From positions 72,774,283 through 72,838,282 of the forward strand of contig NC_081359.1 in the NCBI RefSeq assembly GCF_030684315.1: DNA of 64,000 nt, given 5' to 3'. Source of the DNA: Stegostoma tigrinum (taxonomy: Eukaryota). The position numbers and the translations under genes are program-made. Positions 51,470-61,814 of the stretch are shown here, piece by piece. The number at the start of each line of letters is the position of its first letter. Position 1 is the stretch's first letter. Below the pieces are notes generated by a model that saw only the letters and a list, made by a program, of their open reading frames with translations, made no database searches and was not told the origin of the DNA.

Positions 51470-51760
51470 TCATTTGTGATCCATTTATAATTGTCCTTGA
51501 GATGGTGAGTAAATTTCGATCAGTCCTTGGGTGTAGGTATCCCCACAGTGCTGTAGGAAAGTAATTCCTGTCTTTTTACTGAATAACAATAAAGGGCTGG
51601 ACATGTCATTCCAAGTCAGGATGGTGTGTGTCACCTGGAGGGGAATCTGCAGATGGTGATGTTCCCATGTATCTGTTGCCCTTTTGTGGTAGAAGTTGTT
51701 GGTTTGGAAGATGCCATCATGGGAGCCTTGGTGTGTTGTTGCAGTGTAATCTGTTCATTC
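51470..51760 (-). mobile_element. L2/CR1-type LINE 3' end
   Basis: ttccaagtcaggatggtgtgtgtcacctggaggggaatctgcagatggtgatgttcccatg. Confidence 0.7.
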
Positions 51761-52149
51761 AGTGAGTGAACTGAATAATGCCCAACAGCGTGCTGAATAT
51801 GAGTTGCATAGGGAACCCTCAGCATAGTTGTAACTGTGCAGTGTTTTCATTTCAGAACACTATGGAATCGGAGTAGCAAGGGGATCAAGGATACTCAACA
51901 ATAACTGAAAAGCCTCTGGAAACCTGCGTATCTTTCATTGACAGTAAGTGCTGACATTTTCCAGGATATGTCTATAATAGGTGTGTTAGCATGGGCATGT
52001 CAGGGTGAATTCCATATCATGTTGTTCATCCTATATCAAAAAGGCTCAGTTCAAATATTCCTGAAGAAGATGATCTCAGTAATAATGGCATCCTAATGAA
52101 ACCCTTGTGCCCTAAAGCTATATCCCAAAACTTCCTTGTCTGAGCAGGC

Positions 52150-52935
52150 CACCTCAGTGTTCTGCATCCACCCTCTCTGCCTCCTCCTCATTCTCATCAT
52201 GCTCCTCCTGTCCCCCTGATGAGATGTCCCTTCCAGAGACTCACCATCCTCAACGTGCATACCTCTCTGGACGGCCATGTTATGGAGAGGGTCAAAGACC
52301 ACCAAATGAGCAAGAACCTTTCAGGAGGAGATTGCAGGACCTCACTTGACTGGTGCAGGCACCAAAACTGCATCTTGAGAAACCTGAAGGCCTACTCAAT
52401 GGCAGTCCTAGTATTGAATTATGTCTGTGCCTCTGTTTGGGACTTCTCTTCAAGTAATCTCCCTGGGTCCCTAGGATACATTCATGCTGTTTGGAATGAA
52501 GACCTGCAGAAGCCTGAATTGGCAAGGATGAAGGAGACCTGGGAGCTGTCAGGAAGGTGACTGTACATGGGGGGAATGCCTTGCTGTGGTTCCAGACAGT
52601 TGAACTTTGAGGGAATGGAAGTCCTTTACATTAATTAATCTGACTAGGCAGTCACTCAGTGCCTCGACGGCTACATGAAGATAATTGATAACGCTCTTGC
52701 GCCAAGGGGATTCCGGTGATGGTGGCAAAACCATCAGACTATGTCTGTCTGGAATTGAAATTGCTGTTGTGTCGGAAAATAGGGTATCTTTGACATTTGT
52801 GGTGAAGTGCTGGATTAGTCTTCGTAAAATGCCAGAAATGCCCATAATTGATCCTTGGAAAAGCCAGAAGTGAAGACATTCAAGGCCATAGAGACTTTGA
52901 TAGCTTCTGGTGGGATATGTGACCAATGCTGAGAA
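52150..52935 (-). mobile_element. PIF/Harbinger transposase remnant
   Basis: VINYLHVAVEA..LINVKDFHSLKVQL; TRTAIE*AFRFLKMQFWCL; LHNMAVQRG followed by an acidic tract. Confidence 0.7.
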
Positions 52936-52974
52936 ATGCAAGGATTTCAGGAATTAAGTCACCAATATCCAACA

Positions 52975-54347
52975 TTTTATAGACCAGTGAGCCTTACCTC
53001 AGTTGTTGGTAAAGTGTTGGAAAAGGTTATAAGGGATAGGATTTATAATCATCTAGAAAAGAATAAATTGATTAGGGATAGTCAGCACGGTTTTGTGAAG
53101 GGAAGGTTGTGCCTCACAAACCTTACTGAGTTCTTTGAGAAGGTGACCAAACAGGTAGATGAGAGTAAACCGGTTGATGTGCTGTATATGGATTTCAGCA
53201 AGGCGTTCGATAAGGTTCCCCACAATAGGCTATTGTACAAAATGTGGAGGAATGGAATTGTGGGAGATATAGCAGTTTGGATCGGAAATTGGCTTGCTGA
53301 AAGAAGACAGAGGGTGGTAGTTGATGGGAAATGTTCATCCTGGAGACCAGATACTAGTGGTGTACCGCAAAGGTCGGTGTTGGGTCCACTGCTGTTTGTC
53401 ATTTTTATCAATGACCTGGATGAGGGCGTAGAAGGATGGGTTAGTAAATTTGCAGATGACACTAAGGTCGGTGGAGTTGTGGATAGTGATGAAGGATGCT
53501 GTAGATTGCAGAGAGACATAGATAAGCTGCAGAGCTGGGCTGAGAGGTGGCAAATGGAGTTTAATGCAGACAAGTGAGAGGTGATGGACTTTGGTAGGAG
53601 TAACCGGAAGGAAAAGTACAGGGCTAATGGTAAGATTCTTAGTAGTGTAGATGAGCAGAGAGATCTCGGTGTCCATGTACACAGATCCTTGAAAGTTTCC
53701 ACCCAGGTTGACAGGGCTGTTAAGAAGGCATACAGTGTTTTAGCTTTTATTAATAGAGGGATCGAGTTCCGGAACCAAGAGGTTATGGTGAAGCTGTACA
53801 AAACTCTGGTGTGGCCGCACTTGGAGTATTGTGTACAGTTCTGGTCACCGCATTATAAGAAGGATGTGGAAGCTTTGAAAAGGGTGCAGAGGAGATTTAC
53901 TAGGATGTTGCCTGGTATGGAGGGAAGGTCTTACAAGGAAAGGCTGAGGGACTTGAGGCTGTTTTCATTAGAGAGAAGGTAGAGAGGTGACTTAATTGAA
54001 ACATATAAAATAATCAGAGGGTTAGATAGGGTGGATAGGGAGAGCCATTTTCCTAGGATGGTTACGGCGAGCACGAAGGGGCATAGCTTTAAATTGAGGG
54101 GTGAAAGATATAGGACAGATGTCGGAGGTGGTTTCTTTACTCAGAGAGTAGTAAGGGAGTGGAACGCTTTGCCTGCAACGGTAGTGGATTCGCCAACTTT
54201 AGGTACGTTTAAGTTGTCATTGGATAAGCATATGGACGTACATGGAATAGTGTAGGTTAGATGGGCTTGAGATCGGTATGACAGGTCGGCACAACATCGA
54301 GGGCCGAAGGGCCTGTACTGTGCTGTAATGTTCTATGTTCTATGTTC
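52975..54347 (+). mobile_element. Young 5'-truncated CR1/HER1 LINE with near-intact RT
   Basis: [46 protein letters not shown]; in-frame TGA at 53575 and a break near 53980; (TTCTATG)n tail. Confidence 0.95.
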
Positions 54348-54488
54348 ATTTGCCCTAAGAGTCAGGGTCCTCCAGCCCTGGTTCTAGGCTATCTCCAGTT
54401 TATTCTATCTTAGACAGTAGGTCAGAGGCGGGTCCTTGCTATTCCCTGATCCTCTCCCAGAATGAAACCTAACTTGATAGATCATATG

Positions 54489-54708
54489 ATAATAAAATGT
54501 GAGGCTGGATGAACACAGCAGGCCAAGCAGCATCTCAGGAGCACAAAAGCTGACGTTTCGGGCCTAGACCCTTCATCATCTCTGATGAAGGGTCTAGGCC
54601 CGAAACGTCAGCTTTTGTGCTCCTGAGATGCTGCTTGGCCTGCTGTGTTCATCCAGCCTCACATTTTATTATCTTGGAATTCTCCAGCATCTGCAGTTCC
54701 CATTATCT
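54489..54708. mobile_element. Perfect palindromic family A element
   Basis: 91-nt arms 54488-54578 / 54583-54673 with a tctc spacer; TSD ttgatagatcatatg at 54474-54488 and 54709-54723. Confidence 0.93.
54579..54615 (+). ncRNA. Minimal hammerhead ribozyme core
   Basis: CTGATGA(54582) a gggt-ctag-gccc GAAA C GTC agc; stem I partner weak in this copy. Confidence 0.6.
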
Positions 54709-55589
54709 TTGATAGATCATATGTTTAGTTGTTTTCCTTTGGTACTTAGTCACTGAAAACATATTCATATAAGACTGCAAACATTCTTTAACATCAGAAC
54801 ATAAGTTTATTTTGTAATAGAGAAAACAAACAAACAAAGCTTTATACAAAAACAGCAAAACAAATTTTCAACCTGTTTCCCAACACTATCATTCTACAGA
54901 TACTCAATTCCAGAGATAAATCACTCCTGTCTCAACCTTTAATTTTTTTACTTTACTGGTTCTTCACAATTTATTTTCTTTGCTTTTCAGTCTTATGATT
55001 CTGTTTGAACTGTGTCAGTGTGAACCTTTTTCAATTCTAATTACCTAAATCTCTTTGCAGTTTGTGTAGCTGGACCACTTCGAGACATGTTCACAACTTT
55101 GTCACTTCACAGACTGAAAACAATTTCAGTTAGGATGATTGGTTCCCCTGAAATGAACACTTTATTTTCCCAAACTGAAGTCAAGAAAATGGGCTCTGGT
55201 TTGTTTGTAGACTCAGCTGCATAAACATTCCTTTCGTTGATGCCATGGGTATCCTATCCAGTGAAGTAAGGACCTGAAGACAAGGAGTCCGCACACTTAA
55301 AGGAGCGAACAAGCTGAGGACCCCAAGACAGGGAGTCAGCAGCTTCTAAACAAGCAGGTGGGAAGAGGTCATCTAGATGGACATAGAGCGTCCATAAGAG
55401 GACCAGGCAGTCAGAGACAAAGCTTGATTCATTGGAACTGATTGGAGTTGGTTCTTTGTCTATGTAATAACTCAGGAAGTCTAACTAGAAAGGGAAATTG
55501 TTTAGTTTTGAACACCAAAATAGAGCCACGATTCATGGTGTACTTAAATTAGTCCCAGCCTGGGATTGATAATTCTGCAGATCCATCCT

Positions 55590-56865
55590 TGGGTCTGCTT
55601 TTTTTAAGCATATGGATCTACTTTATAGACTGTTTTAATCAACCTGTTCGGTAATGATATTGCACACCTTTGGAACTGGTAGTACTTGAACCTAAGTCTC
55701 TTGGTCTAGAGATAGGGACACTACCACTGCACCACAGGAGTCCTATAGGTCTTTTTATTAATTAGCCTGTTAAGTGATATTATGACATACCCCTGGAGTA
55801 GATGGGACGTGAACTCAAGTCTCCTGGGCCAGAGGTAGGGACACTGCACCTTAACAGACTTTGCGTCTGTTTTGTTTAATATGCAAAAGTGTTATTACAC
55901 ACAAACGAATAGCTTCCCCACCAGGAAATTGCCGTTTTTATTCTTTGTTTTTAATTATTAATCACCACCAGTAATCACCTGTGCACGGGTCTATTCTATT
56001 TATATTTTCCATTCAACCTGTTCAGAAATGTTACTAAACACCTCTGAAGCACATGGAACCTGAACCTAGGTCTCCTAGGTCAAAGGCAGGACATTGCCAC
56101 TGCACTATAAACAGCTTATTGGTCTGTTTTCTTTTGTTTTATAATTTCACCATGTTCTGTTTTTCAGAAACCTTTAATCAACTTGCTCAGACATGTAATG
56201 ACATACTTGTGGAGCAATTGGGACTTGAACCCAGGACACCTAGCTCACAGGTAGGGACATTACCACTGCATCACAAGCGCTCACTAGGTCTGCTTTATCT
56301 TTTTTCAACTCTTTTTCTCTTGTTTCTTTATCTTATATCCAGAAGTGTTATCACACACAACTGAACAACTTTTGAACAACCAAAGAAGGGGATATAAAGC
56401 ACTGTAAGCCCTTATGGTGCCCACCACTCTCCAAAGGCATCAAGAACATTGATCCGCACAGTGTGCTCCCTCTCTAAGGACACCTGGGCACAAGCATAAG
56501 AGGGGAAGACAGTTTGGATCTGCTTTTTTATACACCCAGAAGTACTATCACATACTACCAAGTGACTTTCGCAAGACGAAAATCACCATGACATTTGTTT
56601 GCTTTTTTCCCACTTTATTAACAGCCACCAGCAATCAGTCATGTGGTCAATTAAATATCTACAAGCAAAGTTCATTATTGGAAACTGTCAAAAGTGAGGG
56701 GGGGGGGTGGCTATGAAGACAGGGAAGGTACTGGATCTGCTATATGATTTTTTTAATCACGCACACTGAGCGACTTTCCCACCACCAAAATCACCATGAC
56801 TTTTGTTTTCTGTATTTTTTTAACTACCACCACTAATCACCCACGTAGCTAATTGAGTATTTACC
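55590..56865 (-). repeat. Degenerate tandem array of family X SINE units and a second ~110-bp unit
   Basis: tRNA-like units near 55635, 55760, 56012 and 56175; second unit (agaagtgttatcacacac..caccaccagtaatcac) near 55886, 56341, 56539 and 56755; recurring ggtctg[ct]ttt spacer. Confidence 0.7.
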
Positions 56866-56884
56866 AGTAATGTCCATTACAGAC

Positions 56885-57185
56885 AATGCAGATCCAAGAC
56901 AAATCTGCAACCTCCATCACCTAGAAGGGCAAGAGCAACAAATGCACAGAAGCATCACCACCTGCAAGTTCCCTTCAAAGCCCCACACCAACCTGACTTG
57001 GAAATACATTGCAATTTCTTCACTGCTGGGTCAAAATTCTGAAACTCCCTTCTTAACAATATTGTGGTGTACCTACTGAACACAGAATGCAGAGGGCACA
57101 AAAACAGATCATCACCATCTTTAGGAATGGGTGATAACCGCTAGTAAAGCTGGTAACAGCTTTGTTCCATAAATTAATAAAAAAT
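56885..57185 (+). mobile_element. L2/CR1-type LINE 3' end
   Basis: caccacctgcaagttcccttcaaagccccacaccaacctgacttggaaatacattg. Confidence 0.7.
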
Positions 57186-59649
57186 AAATTAAAAGTGGTA
57201 GGCAACGTACTTTGGTATAGAATGAGCATGTTGCCATTTTGGACCTTTCACGTGTACAAACCAGGCAAGGCATGATAGAATGTGTAAGTAATTGAATTTG
57301 ATCCAATCTCTCTACTGCACACACTGGCCCACATTTCCAGTCTCTGGATAATTGGAGACCGGATGTATCTCTATTTTATACATCATGACCTCTTGGAGAT
57401 TCTAATGCAACGACTACACTGTGTGTGACGAATTGTCTTACCCAGTATCCAGAATCCTCGTAACTATATATCCAACCTGCCCAACACCATTCTGAATTCC
57501 TAGAGTGCCGCATCCAATTCTTCAGTGTTTTCTGACAGCTCCCGAAATCCTCAATCTTACCAGTCCTGATCTCACCATCTTCATTCACTCATACACACAT
57601 ACTTACACAATGACAAGTTCTCGAACATTTAAACTTAACAGCATACAGCAGCTAGTAACATAAAATGTAGGTGTGCATTGACTTCTCTTGCTCTGTATCA
57701 AGGCCAGCCTGGGCGTTTACAATGGAGACTCCAGGCAGCAGCCAACACTTGGAAGTCTGGCCCGAAAAGACACTGGCAGATAAGTGTCTTCTTTTTTATG
57801 CAATTGGCAAAGGTTGGAATTTTTCTGTAACTAATCATAAGAATTGGGCACTTTTCTTCATTAGTAACTTCTCCCATTAACTTGGATGCTTAACTTACCT
57901 TTCTGCCACCCCTCAGTTGAGGCAGAACTGATCTTGTTTGACTCAAGGGAAAATACTTCATAGTCACAATCAAAGGTTCTCAACAGGTGAAAGTACTTTA
58001 CTGTGACATCATCGAAAGCCTTTTTTTTAACATGCCTTGTGATACCCCAGCCTGAGATCGAAATTAATCTTATTAGTTAATGAAAGGCATGTCCTGAAAG
58101 TCTGCATTTGGCAGACCTGCAGCGTTCAATTACTGCGGAACTGAAAACAAAGCTGCTTTTTTACATGTGGAATGAATGCAAGCTCAGGACTACATCCAAA
58201 TGTTAAATGGGTCATACAACAGGGTTCTCTGATTTATTGAATAAATACTTAACTAAACGTTTGTTCTGATTGCCCTTTCATCTACAAACCTATGTTCTGG
58301 TCTTTGTGAGTAAGTGTGCTTTTGTGTTTAATTTTTCATGTGGTAAATAGTCAAACTTTACATTGACACTTGTATTTTGTTAAATTTTGGAATTATATTT
58401 CTACTACTCCAGATTTAATGCTGTAACCCTGTTGCTTCACATACTCATACAGCATTGAAATTTCTTTTTCTAACAATATAGATTTAGTGCAAGATATCTA
58501 GACAACTTCTTAAATCCTACAATATATATCCACACGAAACAAAGTCTTCTAATTAGTTTTCTAACATAAAACAAATTAAAAGTTAAAATTAACTCCAATC
58601 CGAGTAATTTTTCATAAACAATCCTAACTTTAAAAATGCTGACCTCAAATTATTTAGTCATTTATGGCATGAATGCATGACTTGAAAAAGAGCAAAACAC
58701 TTTGTGCCAGATTAATTTATTAGATGTCGCATTAAAAATTAACTAAACATATCTTCCAAACAATAACATTATTTTAAGCATGTCAATAGCCTTGTTTGTA
58801 CATATATTTTACTTTATGGTGGAGGGCTAAATGCTTAGAGTGAAGCTGTTGTTTTAATGGCATTAGTGACACTTCTCATTGTACTACATTGAGAATACCT
58901 AGTTAATTAAATATTATGCTCTGACTGAAGTTCATGATCATATAATATACATCAGATTGTAAGCAGAACATGGAATTAAATTCCTGATTAAGAGACCACA
59001 GAGCACAAATCAACTGATATTAAACAACTAAGAAACATTCACACATTGGAAACAGATTGAAACATCAGTTAAGAAACAGTATCACATATTTTTCATTAAT
59101 AATCTAATCCTTAAATTTCTGTCAACTGTAGGAAATGTAAATTACCCTGGTCCATTTTGAACTGTTTATAGCACATGTCAAGGGTAGTGAAATCTAAATA
59201 TCTATCCTAATGCTAACAACTGTTTTTATAAATTTACTGATATGTCAAAAGCTGTTTTATCATTTCAAATTAGTTGACACCACAGAGAAACATACTTAAA
59301 CTGTAAGGCACCCAGTGGTGCTACTCACGTTAAGAGGAATTTGTGACATTTTGATTTCTGGAAAAATTGGCAGGGCCAGGGTCTCTGATTCAGTGTCAGT
59401 GTCATTCTATAATAGGGTGAGATGTCTCATACTCAGCATTAGTGCCAGATTTCCCACTAAGCATCAGTGTCCGAGCTGTTTCATTCAGTGGCACTTGAAC
59501 ATCAGTGTTTTTGACTGCACTACCCTGTCCAAAGAATACCCAAGTTATAAACATTCCTTGGATGAGGAAATCCTCTTTATGTGATCACTTCTAAATGTGC
59601 TGTTTAGTGGTTTGTACTTGATTCTTTACTTTCTGTGGATTAAAAAAAA

Positions 59650-59950
59650 TTATTCATGTGAAATAGGCATCAATGCCTTGGGCAGTATTTTGTTGCTCAT
59701 CCCTAATTGTTGAGAATCAACCACATTGCTGTGGATGTGGAGTCACATGCAGACCAGAACAGGAAAGGATAGCAGATTTCCTCTGTATAAGGACACTAGT
59801 GGTTCAGTGGTTATATGGTCATCTTCAAATAGCTATTTATTCCAGATCTTCATTGAATTCAAAGTTTCTCCGTCTGCCATGGTGATATTCAAACCAACAT
59901 CAATCTGACTTCCAGATTCCTCGTCCAGTGACATTACCACTAAATCTTTA
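59650..59950 (-). mobile_element. Deu-domain SINE (SacSINE1-like)
   Basis: tcaaccacattgctgtggatgtggagtcacatgcagaccag..gcagatttcct..ccagtgacattaccact. Confidence 0.7.
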
Positions 59951-60084
59951 CCTCCCCATTATCTAACCTTATTGATCACATTTTGCAGTATATTTTACGT
60001 AGAAGTACCAAAATGTTTTCCATCCACAAATGTAACTTTTAAATAGAGTTGACAAATCCACTATTCTTTAAGAAGAATACTAAG

Positions 60085-60665
60085 CAGCCTTTACTTGCCC
60101 AACAATAATCTCAGTCCAGGTTATCACTGCAGTCATTCTTCAAGGCAGTGTTTTAGGCCCAACCATCTTGAACTGTTTCATCAATGACCTTACCTCCATC
60201 ATAAAGCCAGAACTGCAAAATTCACTCATGATATCAGAGTATCTAATCCTATTCACAATTTCTCAGATAATGAAGTAATCCATGTCTGCATGTAGCAAGT
60301 CCTGGACAACATTCAGGCCTGGACTGAAACCGACAACTAACAGATTTGATGTAAATGCCAACAATAACCATCTCCAGCAAAATAGTCTAATCACGATCCC
60401 TTTTCATACTTTGGCACTGCCAGTGCCAAATCAGCGAATAACAATGCAGTGAGTAAATACGACCAGAAAATTAATTGGGCCAGCCATATAAATATGCTAT
60501 CCAGGTTAGAGGCTGTGTATGCTGCACTATCCCCTGCCTAATGGAAGTATGGAAGAATCTTCATAATCAAGAAGGTGGCTGACCATCATCTTCTCAAGGC
60601 AATTAAGGATGAACAATTACTGCTAGCTTTACAAGCACTGCCTTAAACCCATGAATGAATAAATA
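60085..60665 (+). mobile_element. Degenerate L2/CR1-type LINE RT fragment and tail
   Basis: cttcaaggcagtgttttaggcccaaccatcttgaactgtttcatcaatgacct (QGSVLGPTILNCFINDL); tail cccatgaatgaataaa. Confidence 0.7.
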
Positions 60666-61814
60666 CACAAAAGAAAATGCACTTCATTTTAATAGTAAAG
60701 GCTAACAATCTAGTCAGAACCTTGCTGAAAATCATGAAATGCAGCATGGATCCTGCTCTAAGTATTTTCTACATTTAAGGGATTGCATGCATCAGGGTTC
60801 CAAACATCCAAAAATGTGTTGGGAAAATTGATAGATCTCCTGACTCTTTCAATGCCTATGAACCTACTCTGAATGGCAGCACCTTATGAAATTAGACCTC
60901 TACAACCTTACAGATAGGAACTGCAAAAAGCATAATACATTAATTTGGCATAAACAATCACCAGATGAATTAATTATATATTTATTTAACAAAATTTAGG
61001 ATTATCTATTTCTCGCTTACCTCTTCTCCCCCTCTGGATGAATACTCTCACACACAAGGTGGGCTTTGCAAGTTTTCAAATCTGCCCCCACGGAAATTAT
61101 GTCCTACCTGATACGTTGATCTTTAACTTCACATTTTCTTGATTCAGAAAATAGCAGTACTATGTATATTTGTTGACACAATAAAAAATAGCAGTATTAA
61201 GGAACTTAACTATAAAATACATGAATATGATATAAATAAATCTGGTCATACCTTGCAAATGACACATCTCCATCGTTACAAACCAGGCAGGAGGTAGACA
61301 AGTTCGGAAACAGGATCGGTCTAAAGGATGATTATGGCGCAAGGATGTCTATTCTGAGATCATTGTAAAGTCATGTAGACAGATATAGTGACATAACTCA
61401 CTTGCTCAGTTTCAATCTATCTCAACCAACCCTATGATTGTAATTTGTGCAACATGAAACTGCATTGCCAGTCTATATGGGGTTTTTCCCATTATGTTTT
61501 ATTGGAAGAAGGAAGTTGAAAACACTAATTATCGCTGACTTTGTATTCAGAAATGACACAGACTCAGAATGATGCAGCTTTTAGTTCCTGTCCATCATTT
61601 TCTGTCCAATCAAACTACATTTTCCCCTAAAATAGAAAATAGAAATGTCAGGTAAATGTTATTAGCTGTTTGTACAGTAATGACATGGAGTCATTTCAAG
61701 ATCTTTAGTTTGGAAATTGTTTGTTACCTAATAATCCCATAATAGTATGTAAAAGACAGTGAATTCTTCTGCAGTTTGTCAAACCTCATAAAATACTGAC
61801 TTTCAAAGTTGTTT

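Noticed and set aside
53082-53801. 239-aa minus-strand ORF
   Set aside because: Antisense frame of the CR1 reverse transcriptase
52936-53982. RT ORFs as a host gene or autonomous element
   Set aside because: 5'-truncated, no endonuclease domain, internal stop codon
54488-54673. MITE or pre-miRNA interpretation of the palindrome
   Set aside because: Asymmetric 3' extension, long variable TSDs and identity to PLE 3' termini indicate retrotransposon origin
55590-56865. CRISPR-like repeat-spacer array
   Set aside because: Vertebrate context, long degenerate SINE-derived units, no cas genes
57376-57588. 70-aa minus ORF as a cryl1 exon
   Set aside because: No resemblance to the crystallin lambda sequence as recalled
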